Shown: positions 26,605-36,407 of the stretch, piece after piece | How positions within the stretch are numbered: position 1 is the stretch's first letter | How the letters are laid out: every line of letters starts with the position of its first letter | Source of the DNA: Caulobacteraceae bacterium | GTDB lineage: Bacteria; Pseudomonadota; Alphaproteobacteria; Caulobacterales; Caulobacteraceae | Direction of reading: 5' to 3' | NCBI GenBank assembly: GCA_019748095.1 | Contig: JAIEQA010000008.1 | Span: forward strand, 10,625 to 74,624 | DNA: 64,000 nucleotides | The notes under the pieces: model-generated | The model's database searches: none | What the model was told of the DNA's origin: nothing | What the model saw: only the letters and a program-made list of their open reading frames with translations | Translations under genes and position numbers: made by a program

Positions 26605-27222
26605 TCACAGCGAGGGAGACCAGGCCCCGGCGGCGAACAGCAGCCAGCCGGCCCGCACCATGTTCCACAGGGTGTAGGCCAGCACGACCAGCAGGGCGGC
26701 GATGACGATCCTCCGGGACGGAGCGAAGGCGGCCGTGGCCGTGCCGACAGCGAAGAGGACGACCCCGATCTGGAGCCTCGGCGTCCAGAAGGCGGCCCAG
26801 GCCGGGTCCACGAGCGCCAGCGCACCCAGCAGCAGCCAGACCATGGCGTTGGCGGCGAGGACACAGCCGAACACCACCCGGCGATGGGCCCAGAAATGGT
26901 CGTCGAGATCGATCCGTGTCTCCACGCCCTCGGCCGTCACGCGCGGGAAGGTGATGCTGGCGGCGACATAGAAGGTCGCGGCGATCATCAGGCCGATCAG
27001 CAGCAGCACCGGATTGAACGGCGCGTCGCGGAAGAACCGCCAAGCCTGGTTCCAGAAGGTGGCCAGGTCGATGGCCACGAACAGGGCCAGAAGTGGCGTC
27101 AGCCAGCCGAAGCGGACGCGGTGCCGCTCATGCAGCAGCCGGGCGAAGCCGCCGGTCAACTCGGCGACGGACAGGCCCAGCAGCAGGCCGTAGAAGCTGA
27201 AAAAGAACTCGAACGCGCTCAA
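26605..27222 (-). CDS. Hypothetical integral membrane protein (about 6 TM)
   Basis: 205-aa ORF with strongly hydrophobic segments throughout (MSAFEFFFSFYGLLLGLSVAEL...). No family recognised. Confidence 0.6.
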   Translation of the reverse strand: MSAFEFFFSFYGLLLGLSVAELTGGFARLLHERHRVRFGWLTPLLALFVAIDLATFWNQAWRFFRDAPFNPVLLLIGLMIAATFYVAASITFPRVTAEGVETRIDLDDHFWAHRRVVFGCVLAANAMVWLLLGALALVDPAWAAFWTPRLQIGVVLFAVGTATAAFAPSRRIVIAALLVVLAYTLWNMVRAGWLLFAAGAWSPSL

Positions 27223-27288
27223 CCGGCCCCCCGACCGTGGTTTCGATGGAGCCTATACACGGTCCCGGGCACCGTCACGCTTCCGGGA

Positions 27289-27606
27289 TCACTCCTCGAA
27301 CATTTCGCGCAGGGTGGCGAGCAGACCGGTCAGATGTTGCGGCTGAAGTGCGCCGATGCGGCGAAGCATGCGTGAGCGATCCACGGAACGCATCTGGTCC
27401 GGCAGGAGGCGGCCCACCCGGCCCGCGAAGGTGATCGCCGGGCGATAGCGTGAAGGCAGGCTGCCGGTGGTCATGGGTACGATGACGTGGACCGGCAGGT
27501 GGCTCATGTCATCCGGGGAGACGACGACACACGGGCGGGTCTTGCGAAGCTCATGCCCGACGACCGGGTCGAGCCGGACCAGCCAGACGTCGCCGCGCCG
27601 GATCAT
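27289..27606 (-). CDS. mazF: Type II toxin-antitoxin system PemK/MazF family toxin
   Basis: MIRRGDVWLVRLDPVVGHELRKTRPCVVVSPDDM is the canonical MazF/PemK N-terminus. 105 aa. 4-nt overlap with the antitoxin gene. Confidence 0.9.
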   Translation of the reverse strand: MIRRGDVWLVRLDPVVGHELRKTRPCVVVSPDDMSHLPVHVIVPMTTGSLPSRYRPAITFAGRVGRLLPDQMRSVDRSRMLRRIGALQPQHLTGLLATLREMFEE

Positions 27607-27935
27607 TCTGGCCGGGTATCATTGACCGCCAGCGCAGCTTCCAGTTCGGCGATCTCTTCGTCGGTCCAGTCGGGGCCGAGAGCCTCGGGGTCTGTATCAC
27701 TGGTCAGATCAGCGTCCAGCCACTCCCGTTCCTCATCGGTCAGGCCGGCGGCGGCGATGCGTCTGGAGTCCTCGGCCCAACCCTCGCGCACGGCTCTCTT
27801 CGCCGGAACGATGGTGATCCTGCCGGGTTCATGAACGAACTCGACCGCCCCGCCTTCGCTGACGCCGAGCGCTGCGAGCGCTGCCTTCGGCAGGATCACC
27901 CCCGACGAGTTGCCGATCTTCCGGATCACGGGCAT
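27603..27935 (-). CDS. mazE: AbrB/MazE/SpoVT family antitoxin
   Basis: MPVIRKIGNSSGVILPKAALAALGV (swapped-hairpin SpoVT/AbrB motif) with an acidic C-terminal tail. Directly upstream of mazF. Confidence 0.85.
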   Translation of the reverse strand: MPVIRKIGNSSGVILPKAALAALGVSEGGAVEFVHEPGRITIVPAKRAVREGWAEDSRRIAAAGLTDEEREWLDADLTSDTDPEALGPDWTDEEIAELEAALAVNDTRPE

Positions 27936-27977
27936 GGGCTCACTCCGTTAGAACGAAGTTATAACACGGCCGGCCGT

Positions 27978-29507
27978 CTATTTCCAGATCGGCGTTCCGT
28001 CACCGGGCAGTCCGAGGCGGTCCCACATGGAGGATACGCGGTCGATGACCTCGCGGTCCATGCGGATCTCCTCACCCCATTCGCGCTTCGTCTCGGGCGG
28101 CCATTTGTCGGTGGCGTCGAGGCCGATCTTGGAGCCGAGGCCGCTCTCGGGGCTGGCGAAGTCGAGATAGTCGATCGGGGTGTTCTCGATCAGGGTGATG
28201 TCGCGCGCCGGGTCCATCTTGGTCGAGATGGCCCACATGACCTGTTTCCAGTCGCGGGCGTCGATGTCGTCGTCCACGACGATGACCCATTTGGTGTACA
28301 TGAACTGGCGCAGATAGCTCCAGACGCCCAGCATCACGCGCTTGGCGTGGCCGGGATAGGCCTTCTTCATCGACACCACAGCGATGCGGTAGCTGCAGCC
28401 CTCGGGCGGCAGCCAGAAGTCGGTGATCTCGGGGAACTGGGCCCGCAGCAGGGGGATGAAGACCTCGTTCAGGGCTTCGCCCAGCACGCTGGGCTCGTCC
28501 GGCGGCCGGCCCGTGAAGGTGGTGAGATAGACGGGGTCTCTCCGCATCGTGATGGCGCTGACCTGGAAGACCGGGAAGGTCTCGACCGAGTTGTAATAGC
28601 CGGTGTGGTCGCCGTAGGGGCCTTCCTCGGCGTGTTCGTTGAGCAGGACGTGGCCCTCCAGCACGATCTCGGCCTGGGCCGGGACCATCAGGGGCACGGT
28701 CTTGCAGGCCACCAGCTCGGCCTTGGCCCCGCGCATCAGTCCGGCGAACTGGTATTCCGACAGGGTGTCCGGCACGGGGGTGACGGCGGCCAGGATGGTG
28801 CCGGGATCGGCCCCCAGGACGACGGCGCAGGGCAGGGGCTCGGTCGGGCGCGCCTTCTTGTGGCGGGCATAGTGCTGGGCCCCGCCGCGGTGGGCCAGCC
28901 AGCGCATGATGGCGCGGTCCTTGCCCAGCACCTGCATCCGGTAGATGCCGAGGTTGAAGTCGTCCTCGCGGTCGTCGGACGGACCCTTGGTGACGACGAG
29001 GCCCCAGGTGATCAGGGGCGCGGGCTCGCCGGGCCAGCAGGTCTGGATGGGGAGTTTGCCGAGGTCGATCTGGTCGCCCTTGAGGACCATGTCCTGCACG
29101 GGTGCGGACTTCACCACCTTGGGCCGCATGGCGAGCACCGACTGGGCCAGGGGCAGCATGTCCATGGCGTCAGACAGGCCGCGCGGCGGGGTCGGGTTCT
29201 TGAGGAAGGCCAGCAGTTCGCCGACCTCACGCAGTTCGGCGGCGGTGGTGCGGGACTTCTTGTCCAGGGTCACGCCCATGGCCACGCGTTTGACGGTGCC
29301 GAACAGGTTGGCGAGGGCCGGGATGGGGCTGATCGAGCCGTCGGGCATGACGGGCTTCTCGAAGAGGACCGCCGGGCCGCCGTTGCGCAGCAGCCGGGTC
29401 TGGATCTCGGTCATCTCCAGCACGGTGGAGACCGGTTCGGTCACCCGGACCAGCTCGCCGGCGGCCTCCAGCTGGGCCATGAAGTCGCGCAGGGATTTGT
29501 AGGCCAT
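27978..29507 (-). CDS. ubiD: 4-hydroxy-3-polyprenylbenzoate decarboxylase
   Basis: 509 aa. [23 protein letters not shown]-terminus, NLGIYRMQV and PYGDHTGYY motifs typical of UbiD. Confidence 0.95.
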   Translation of the reverse strand: MAYKSLRDFMAQLEAAGELVRVTEPVSTVLEMTEIQTRLLRNGGPAVLFEKPVMPDGSISPIPALANLFGTVKRVAMGVTLDKKSRTTAAELREVGELLAFLKNPTPPRGLSDAMDMLPLAQSVLAMRPKVVKSAPVQDMVLKGDQIDLGKLPIQTCWPGEPAPLITWGLVVTKGPSDDREDDFNLGIYRMQVLGKDRAIMRWLAHRGGAQHYARHKKARPTEPLPCAVVLGADPGTILAAVTPVPDTLSEYQFAGLMRGAKAELVACKTVPLMVPAQAEIVLEGHVLLNEHAEEGPYGDHTGYYNSVETFPVFQVSAITMRRDPVYLTTFTGRPPDEPSVLGEALNEVFIPLLRAQFPEITDFWLPPEGCSYRIAVVSMKKAYPGHAKRVMLGVWSYLRQFMYTKWVIVVDDDIDARDWKQVMWAISTKMDPARDITLIENTPIDYLDFASPESGLGSKIGLDATDKWPPETKREWGEEIRMDREVIDRVSSMWDRLGLPGDGTPIWK

Positions 29508-29590
29508 GCGTCCGGATAGGACGGTGTAGGCCCGCTGTCACCTGTCGCGCGGCGGTTCAGGCCGCGGTCAAGCGCCGCGTCGGAGGCCCG

Positions 29591-29734
29591 TCAGGTCAGG
29601 GCCGCCAGCAGGCAGCCGGTGAGGCCGATGACGATGCCGAGGGCGGTTCCGATTCGGACGGCCCTTCCAGTGCCTTCCCGGGTCCGCAGGCCGGTGCGGA
29701 ACCCTGCCAACAGGGCGGCGCGTCGCCAGACCAT
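29591..29734 (-). CDS. Hypothetical 47-aa membrane micro-protein (not in the ORF track)
   Basis: ATG 29734 lies 1 nt after the stop of the upstream HTH gene. MVWRRAALLAGFRTGLRTREGTGRAVRIGTALGIVIGLTGCLLAALT has a basic N-part and one TM helix. Confidence 0.25.
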   Translation of the reverse strand: MVWRRAALLAGFRTGLRTREGTGRAVRIGTALGIVIGLTGCLLAALT

Positions 29735-29735
29735 C

Positions 29736-29984
29736 TCAGTAGGCCCGGCTGTCAGAGACCAGGGCCCACACGGGCAGCCGCAGGTGCCGGGTGGCGGCGG
29801 CGATCTGGAGCGTGTTCAGATGGGCGCGACCGGCCTCGGCGCGGCGCTCCTCTTCCGGCGTGATCTTGAGGGCCGCAGCGACGGCCTCGACATCGACGCC
29901 CCGTTCCTCGCGCCAGCGTTTCAGCCGGGCCCCGACCGCCGCGTCGCGGGGATCAATACCGGGGAAACCAAGAACCGAACCCAT
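29736..29984 (-). CDS. Small XRE-like helix-turn-helix protein (82 aa)
   Basis: Start reset to ATG 29984 to avoid overlap with the aldo/keto reductase. VGARLKRWREERGVDVEAVAAALKITPEEERRAEAGRAHLNTLQIAAATRHLRLPVWAL follows the XRE/Cro HTH pattern. Confidence 0.5.
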   Translation of the reverse strand: MGSVLGFPGIDPRDAAVGARLKRWREERGVDVEAVAAALKITPEEERRAEAGRAHLNTLQIAAATRHLRLPVWALVSDSRAY

Positions 29985-30024
29985 TCTGCAACCTCCCTGC
30001 GCGGCTTTGGCGTCGCGTCTGGGG

Positions 30025-30861
30025 TTATTTCTGATCCCAAACGAAGGCCTTGTCGATCCAGTCGCCCAGACGGCCGTCCGGACGGGCGAGGGCATGGATG
30101 CGGCCCATGTCCTCGTCGGTGAGCTGGAAGTCCTGGATGTCGAAATTCTCGGCGGCGCGTTCGGCCTTCACGGTGCGGGGGATGGCGATCACGCCCTGCT
30201 GGATGATCCAGCGCAGGGTCACCTGACCCGGAGTCTTGCCGTGGGCACGGGCGATATCCCCGATGACGGTGTCGTTGGCGATCTTGCCCTGGGCGAGGGG
30301 CGACCAGGCGGTGATGGTCGAGCCGAGGTTGGCGGCCGTGTCGCGCAGGGTCTGGAGCGACAGATAGGGGTGATATTCGACCTGGTTGGTGACCAGTTTC
30401 GACCGGGACAGGGCCTGGGCCTCCCGGAACTGGCCGGACGGGAAGTTCGACACGCCGATGGCGCGGGTCAGGCCCTGGTCCTTCGCCTCGTTCAGGGCCC
30501 CGAGCGTCTCGGCGAAGGTCGGCTTGACCCTGGGCCAGTGCAGCAGCAGCAGGTCGGGGGTGAAGCCGAGGCTGGCGGCGGATTCTGCGGCCTGGCGCAG
30601 CAGGGCGTCGCGTTCGAAATGATCGACCCAGATCTTGGTGGTCAGCCAGATGTCCTGGCGCGCCACGCCTGAGTCGCGGATGCCGTCCCCGACGGCGGCC
30701 TCGTTCCTGTAGATCCATGCCGTGTCGATGTGGCGATAGCCGATGCGCAGGGCCTCGGCGACCATGCGCCGGGCATCCGCGGGCTCCAGCTGCCAGGTGC
30801 CGAAGCCGAGCCGGGGGATGGTCAGGTCGTCGACGGTCAGGGACAGCTGGGAAGGCGACAT
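30025..30861 (-). CDS. Aldo/keto reductase (2,5-diketo-D-gluconate reductase-like)
   Basis: GFGTWQL, GYRHIDTAWIYRNE, LLLHWP, IGVSNF and VIAIPRT are AKR signature segments. Confidence 0.9.
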   Translation of the reverse strand: MSPSQLSLTVDDLTIPRLGFGTWQLEPADARRMVAEALRIGYRHIDTAWIYRNEAAVGDGIRDSGVARQDIWLTTKIWVDHFERDALLRQAAESAASLGFTPDLLLLHWPRVKPTFAETLGALNEAKDQGLTRAIGVSNFPSGQFREAQALSRSKLVTNQVEYHPYLSLQTLRDTAANLGSTITAWSPLAQGKIANDTVIGDIARAHGKTPGQVTLRWIIQQGVIAIPRTVKAERAAENFDIQDFQLTDEDMGRIHALARPDGRLGDWIDKAFVWDQK

Positions 30862-30922
30862 GGGAGCTCCGGTGTGGATCGGGGGGAAGGGCCCATATGG
30901 GGCGGACAGGCCGGATTTCCAG

Positions 30923-31783
30923 TCAGGGCTGTTCCAGCCAGTCCGCGATTTCGTCCCAGAGCGGCTCGAGCCCGCGCCGGAATGCGCCCTCGTGGCCGAT
31001 CCGCTGGATGCCGAAATCTTGCGGCGCGTGGAGCACGAGATCGCTGGGGGCTCGGGGATAGACCGCCAGCAGGGCCGGGGCGGTCCGGGGGTTGGCGATC
31101 GGGTCGTCGGTGAAGATCCAGGACCGGATCGGTGAAGTCATTTCGGTGAAGTGGTTCGGCTGAAGCTCGGTCTGCAGCCGTCGGCTGTAGTAGTGCCGGT
31201 CATGGCACCAGTGTCGCCAAGGCAGGAATACGCCCCGCGGGAGGTCGGCGCCGCGCCAGAGGGACCCGCCTTTGACATAGCCGTGGCGGGCGAGGCTGAG
31301 CGGGCCATAGATCCACCAGAAGAACAGTTCGAGGGGATTGTACCGCAGCGGATGATGCCGCCAGTAGCCGGAGCCGACGGCGACGAAGGCATGGCGCGTG
31401 ATCTTCGCATGGTTGGGCATGAAGCCGGCGAAATGGCCGCCGACGCTGTGGCCGACATGGGTGACAGGCAGGCCGGGCGCGGCGGCGATCAGGGCCTCGA
31501 GCGCCGCCGGCATGTCGAGACGGCCCCAGTCCTCATAGGTCATATCCATGGCGGCCAGATCGTCGGGGCGCGAGCCGCCGATGCCGCGCATGTCGAAGGT
31601 CAGGACTACGGCACCCCGCGCCGCCAGATGTCGGGCAAAGCGGTCGTAGAAGCCTTTGGGAAAGCCGGTGCCGGAGCTGACCAGCACGGCATGGGTGGGT
31701 GCCGGCCCTTGCATGAGACGCGCCGACAGCTGATAGCCGTCGGCGGCCACGGCGATGAGATCGCGAGCGTTGACGTCTGACAT
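30923..31783 (-). CDS. Alpha/beta hydrolase
   Basis: Nucleophile elbow VGHSVGGH (GxSxG). 286 aa with typical alpha/beta fold spacing. A C-terminal His is present. Confidence 0.75.
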   Translation of the reverse strand: MSDVNARDLIAVAADGYQLSARLMQGPAPTHAVLVSSGTGFPKGFYDRFARHLAARGAVVLTFDMRGIGGSRPDDLAAMDMTYEDWGRLDMPAALEALIAAAPGLPVTHVGHSVGGHFAGFMPNHAKITRHAFVAVGSGYWRHHPLRYNPLELFFWWIYGPLSLARHGYVKGGSLWRGADLPRGVFLPWRHWCHDRHYYSRRLQTELQPNHFTEMTSPIRSWIFTDDPIANPRTAPALLAVYPRAPSDLVLHAPQDFGIQRIGHEGAFRRGLEPLWDEIADWLEQP

Positions 31784-31861
31784 GGCGACACCCGTAGTCC
31801 GTCCTGTTTCAAAACGAACAAGACACGGCCAGCCGACCGGACGTCAAGGGACCGGATACAA

Positions 31862-31893
31862 CGAAAAGGCCGCGTCCCTTTCGAGACGCGGCC
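31862..31893 (-). terminator. Rho-independent terminator downstream of exbD-like gene
   Basis: Perfect 9-bp GC-rich stem (GGCCGCGTC / GACGCGGCC, 31868-31876 and 31885-31893) with an 8-nt loop, followed on the minus strand by TTTTCGTTGT. Confidence 0.8.
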
Positions 31894-31922
31894 CTGTATG
31901 GCGCGGACAGGCGACTGGAGGC

Positions 31923-32378
<456 letters not shown>

Positions 32379-32521
32379 CAGGCTCGGCCAGCAGGCGCGA
32401 GCGACGCGTTACGGTTCGGACGGTTTCTGGCGTCTGCCGCGAGGCTTGTAAAGCGGTCTCGGGACGAACCGGGTCCCTGATGCGGGGATTTCTCGCAACG
32501 GGCGAAAAATCCCCGTCAGGA

Positions 32522-33136
32522 TCAGCCCTTGGCCAGCTTCAGGAAGCGTTCGATCAGGGCCGGGTCGGTCTTGAAGGCCCCGGTGAAGCGGGTGGTGATG
32601 GTCGAGACGTGGCGATGGTGAACCCCACGCGTCGTCATGCACTGGTGCTCGGCGTCGATCAGGACGGCGACCCCGGCGGGCGACAGGTGGTCTTCCAGGG
32701 CACCGGCGATCTCCTGGGTCAGGGTCTCCTGGGTCTGGAGACGCTTGGAGAATATCTCGACGACGCGGGCGATCTTGGAGATGCCGACGACCTTTTCGGT
32801 CGGCAGATAGGCGACATAGGCCTTGCCGAGGAACGGAGCCATGTGGTGCTCGCAGTGGCTCTCGACCTCGATGTCGCGCAGCAGCACCATGTCGTCATAG
32901 CCCTGCACGTCCTCGAAGGTGCGGCTGAGTTCCTTGGCCGGATCGGCCGTATAGCCCTCGAACCATTCGCCATAGGCGTCCACCACCCGTTTTGGCGTGT
33001 CCAGCAGGCCCTCGCGGTCGGGATTGTCACCTGACCAGGCGATGAGTGTGCGGACGGCGGCCAGGGCCTCCTCCCGAGTGGGGCGGGACAGATGATCGTT
33101 GCCGACGAGGGTCGGTCTGGAGGCGTTGGCGTCCAT
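32522..33136 (-). CDS. folE: GTP cyclohydrolase I
   Basis: [22 protein letters not shown] and HQCMTTRGV motifs. 204 aa. Confidence 0.95.
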   Translation of the reverse strand: MDANASRPTLVGNDHLSRPTREEALAAVRTLIAWSGDNPDREGLLDTPKRVVDAYGEWFEGYTADPAKELSRTFEDVQGYDDMVLLRDIEVESHCEHHMAPFLGKAYVAYLPTEKVVGISKIARVVEIFSKRLQTQETLTQEIAGALEDHLSPAGVAVLIDAEHQCMTTRGVHHRHVSTITTRFTGAFKTDPALIERFLKLAKG

Positions 33137-33291
33137 GAAGTGTTTTCTAAGCGACCAGTAGCGCCGGGACGAAGGTCCCGGATTGACGCGCGTCGCTCTC
33201 CCTGTTCGTTGCCACGGCTGTTCGCCGGGTCAATCCGGCTATATGGGACGCGCGCACCATCCCGCAAGAAAACCGACTGCAACGCTTCAAA

Positions 33292-34701
33292 ATGACGCTT
33301 TTCCTTCACGACACCCTGAAACGCGAAAAGCGGGCCTTTGTCCCTCGGGACCCGGAGCGCGTGACCCTCTATGTCTGCGGACCGACGGTCTATGACTATG
33401 CCCACATCGGCAATGCGCGGCCGCCGGTGGTGTTCGATGTTCTCGTGCGGCTGCTGCGCCGTGAGTACGGCACCGACAGCGTCGTCTATGCCCGCAACGT
33501 CACCGACGTGGACGACAAGATCAACCAGAAGGCGGCGCGCGAGGGTGTGCCGATCGGCGAGGTCACGGCGCGCTACGAGGCCGCCTATCTGGCCGATATG
33601 GCGGCGCTGAACGTCGGCGCGCCGGACATCGCGCCCCATGTCACCGACCATATGGACGCGATCGTGCGCCAGATCGGCGAGATCATGGACCAGGGCTGCG
33701 CCTATGCCGCCGAGGGTCATGTGCTGTTCGATGTGTCCAGCTATCCGGCCTATGGCGCGCTGTCGGGGCGCAATCTGGACGACATGATCGCCGGGGCCCG
33801 GGTCGAGGTCGCGCCCTATAAGAAGAATCCGCACGACTTCGTTCTGTGGAAGCCGTCGAAGGCGGACGAGCCCTCGTGGCCGTCGCCCTGGGGCGAGGGA
33901 CGCCCGGGCTGGCATATCGAATGCTCGGCCATGATCGACCAGACCCTCGGCCTGCCGATCGACATCCATGGCGGGGGCATCGACCTGGTGTTCCCGCATC
34001 ATGAGAACGAGATCGCCCAGGGCGTCTGCGCCCATGGCCACGCGCATGGTGACGCCGCGCACGAACAATACAGCCGCTACTGGATGCACAACGGCTTCCT
34101 GACCGTGGACGCCGAGAAGATGTCCAAGTCGGTCGGCAACGTCCTGCTGCTGCATGATCTGGTGCAGACCATGCCGGGCGAGGTGGTGCGCTGGGCCCTG
34201 CTGAGTGCCCACTATCGCCAGCCGCTGGACTGGAACCAGTCGCTGCTGGACCAGTCGCGCAAGAACCTGGACCGGCTTTACGGGGCGCTGAGGCGGGCGG
34301 AAGGCGTCGAACCGCTGGGGGACATGCCGTCGCCCGAGTTCCTGACGGCGATCTGCGACGATCTGAACACGCCGGGGGCGATGGCGACCCTGTTTGCCCT
34401 GTCCAGCGAGATCGAGCGGGCGATGACGGCGGGCGATCACCATGCGGTCGGGATCGCCAAGGCCGAGCTGACGGCGTCGGGGCGGATCCTGGGCGTACTG
34501 CTGTCGACACCGGACCAGTGGTTCGAGGGCGGCGCCGACGATGCACTGAAGGCCGAGGTCGAGGGGCTGCTGGCGGAACGGGTGACCGCGCGGGCGGAGA
34601 AGAACTGGGGCGAGGCGGACCGGATCCGCGACCGGCTGACGGCGCTGAACGTGGTGGTGATGGACGGCCCGACCGGGGCGACGTGGCGCTTGAAGGAGTG
34701 A
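33292..34701 (+). CDS. cysS: Cysteine--tRNA ligase
   Basis: Class I signatures HIGNARP (HIGH) and [13 protein letters not shown] zinc-site context. 469 aa. Confidence 0.97.
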   Translation: MTLFLHDTLKREKRAFVPRDPERVTLYVCGPTVYDYAHIGNARPPVVFDVLVRLLRREYGTDSVVYARNVTDVDDKINQKAAREGVPIGEVTARYEAAYLADMAALNVGAPDIAPHVTDHMDAIVRQIGEIMDQGCAYAAEGHVLFDVSSYPAYGALSGRNLDDMIAGARVEVAPYKKNPHDFVLWKPSKADEPSWPSPWGEGRPGWHIECSAMIDQTLGLPIDIHGGGIDLVFPHHENEIAQGVCAHGHAHGDAAHEQYSRYWMHNGFLTVDAEKMSKSVGNVLLLHDLVQTMPGEVVRWALLSAHYRQPLDWNQSLLDQSRKNLDRLYGALRRAEGVEPLGDMPSPEFLTAICDDLNTPGAMATLFALSSEIERAMTAGDHHAVGIAKAELTASGRILGVLLSTPDQWFEGGADDALKAEVEGLLAERVTARAEKNWGEADRIRDRLTALNVVVMDGPTGATWRLKE

Positions 34702-34708
34702 CCGGTTC

Positions 34709-34877
34709 CCTTCTCCCCTTGCGGGAGAAGGTGGCCCGAAGGGCCGGATGAGGGGTACGAAGATACAAAGCAGGTGAGACGGACGGACGCTCACCGGCGG
34801 CACCGGGAGTCACCCCTCATCCGACCTCCCCCGGGGCAAGCCCGGGGTCGGCCACCTTCTCCCGCAAGGGGAGAAGG
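34709..34877. repeat. MITE/REP-like nested inverted-repeat element, family 1 (CCTTCTCCC..GGGAGAAGG modules)
   Basis: Perfect 28-nt terminal inverted repeats (34709-34736 ccttctccccttgcgggagaaggtggcc; 34850-34877 is its exact reverse complement). Each arm is itself a 9-bp hairpin. An inner 11-nt inverted pair ggatgaggggt / acccctcatcc is present. Lies between convergent cysS and the transglycosylase gene. Confidence 0.85.
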
Positions 34878-34885
34878 AATTCGGC

Positions 34886-36202
34886 CTAGATCCCGCGCAT
34901 CAGCTCATCGGCCAAAGCCGGGGTCAGGTAGCCGTCGGGCACGCGGCCGGTGGCGATCTGCCACTGGCGCAGGGCGCGGCGGGTGCCCGAGCCGATGACG
35001 CCGTCGATGACGCCCGGATCATAGCCGAGGCGGGCCAGGGCGGTCTGGGCCCCGAACCGCTGCTCGCGCGAGATCGGGCCGTCGTCAGGCCATGTTCCGA
35101 CCAGGCCCGGTCGGCCGGCCACGCCGTCGGCCATCAGGCCGATGGCGAGGGCGTAGCTGACCGAGTTGTTGTAGCGGCGGATCACATAGTGGTTGGGCAG
35201 GGCCAGGAAGGCCGGGCCGCGTGCGCCCTGGGGCAGGAGGATGACGCCGTTCTCGGCCGCCTCGTCCGAGGACAGGGCCGCGCCGCGGGTGAGCGACACA
35301 CCGCGATCGGCCCAGAAACGCCACGGGCGGCCGTCAGCCTCGGCCAGGGCATAGTCGAATCCGGCCGGGAGCTGGACCTCGTGGCCCCACGACTGGCCGC
35401 GCTTCCAGCCGGCCTGGGCCAGCAGGTTGGCGGCGGAGGCGAGGGCGTCGGATTCGGTGCCCCAGATGTCGACCTTGCCGTCGCCGCTCTGGTCGATGCC
35501 GAGGCGCAGATAGTTGTCGGGCATAAACTGGGTCTGGCCCATGGCCCCGGCCCAGCTGCCCAGCAGGCCTGACCGGTCGCGGCGGCCGTCGATGACGATG
35601 TCGAGGGCGTTCTTGAGCTGGTCCTCGGCCCAGTCACGGCGGCGGCCGTCGAAGGCGAGGGTGGCCAGGGAGCGGATTACATCCTTGGAGCCCTGGACCT
35701 GACCGAAACTGGATTCTAGGCCCCAGATGGCGACGAGAATCTCGGACGGGACGCCGAAGCGCTGGGTCACGGACCAGGGGACGGCCTCAAGGCGGCGGCG
35801 CGCCTCGGCGATCCGGGCACCGGATACGGCGTTGGCGATATAGGCCCCGGCGGGGCGGCTGAACTCGGGCTGGTTGCGATCCAGCCGGATGACCTCAGGG
35901 TCGGGAGTCAGATCCGCCAGCTGGAGGGCATAGGCGTCTCGACGTGTTCCGCCCTTGCGAGCGAGGAAGCCCTGTTTCCAGCCTTCGAAGCCGGCGGCAT
36001 CAGCCGCATCGGTGACGGCGGCCGTCGCAGGAACCGCGCCGCTGGAACCCGGCGCAGGCGCAACCGGCAGAGGGTCCGCCGGAAGGGCGGCCGGGGGCGC
36101 AGACGGCAGCATGGGGGCGCAGGCCGAGACGCAGGCGATCAGGACGAGACGATAGTCGAGGCGCATGGAGCGATGAGTTCCCGAATCACTGGACCCGATC
36201 AA
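34886..36202 (-). CDS. Lytic murein transglycosylase (MltB family) with C-terminal peptidoglycan-binding domain
   Basis: GLESSFG and GAMGQTQFMP catalytic-domain motifs. C-terminal LGYDPGVIDGVIGSGTRRALRQWQ is a PG_binding_1 repeat. Confidence 0.9.
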   Translation of the reverse strand: MIGSSDSGTHRSMRLDYRLVLIACVSACAPMLPSAPPAALPADPLPVAPAPGSSGAVPATAAVTDAADAAGFEGWKQGFLARKGGTRRDAYALQLADLTPDPEVIRLDRNQPEFSRPAGAYIANAVSGARIAEARRRLEAVPWSVTQRFGVPSEILVAIWGLESSFGQVQGSKDVIRSLATLAFDGRRRDWAEDQLKNALDIVIDGRRDRSGLLGSWAGAMGQTQFMPDNYLRLGIDQSGDGKVDIWGTESDALASAANLLAQAGWKRGQSWGHEVQLPAGFDYALAEADGRPWRFWADRGVSLTRGAALSSDEAAENGVILLPQGARGPAFLALPNHYVIRRYNNSVSYALAIGLMADGVAGRPGLVGTWPDDGPISREQRFGAQTALARLGYDPGVIDGVIGSGTRRALRQWQIATGRVPDGYLTPALADELMRGI

Positions 36203-36407
36203 GAGCCATTGAATTAGCGCCCGAGTATGACCGGGCGTTGCTGTCTTATGGTAAAAACCGGATTAGCCCTGTTCACTGGGGCGATGTTAAGTCCCGGACA
36301 TCAGGGTCCGCGTGTTCCAAGACACGGCCTGGTGGCGGAGGGGCGACGCAGCGGGTGTGCAAGCCCGTCCACCCTCCGTTCGACTCGGGGGCCAGGCCTC
36401 CAGCGCT

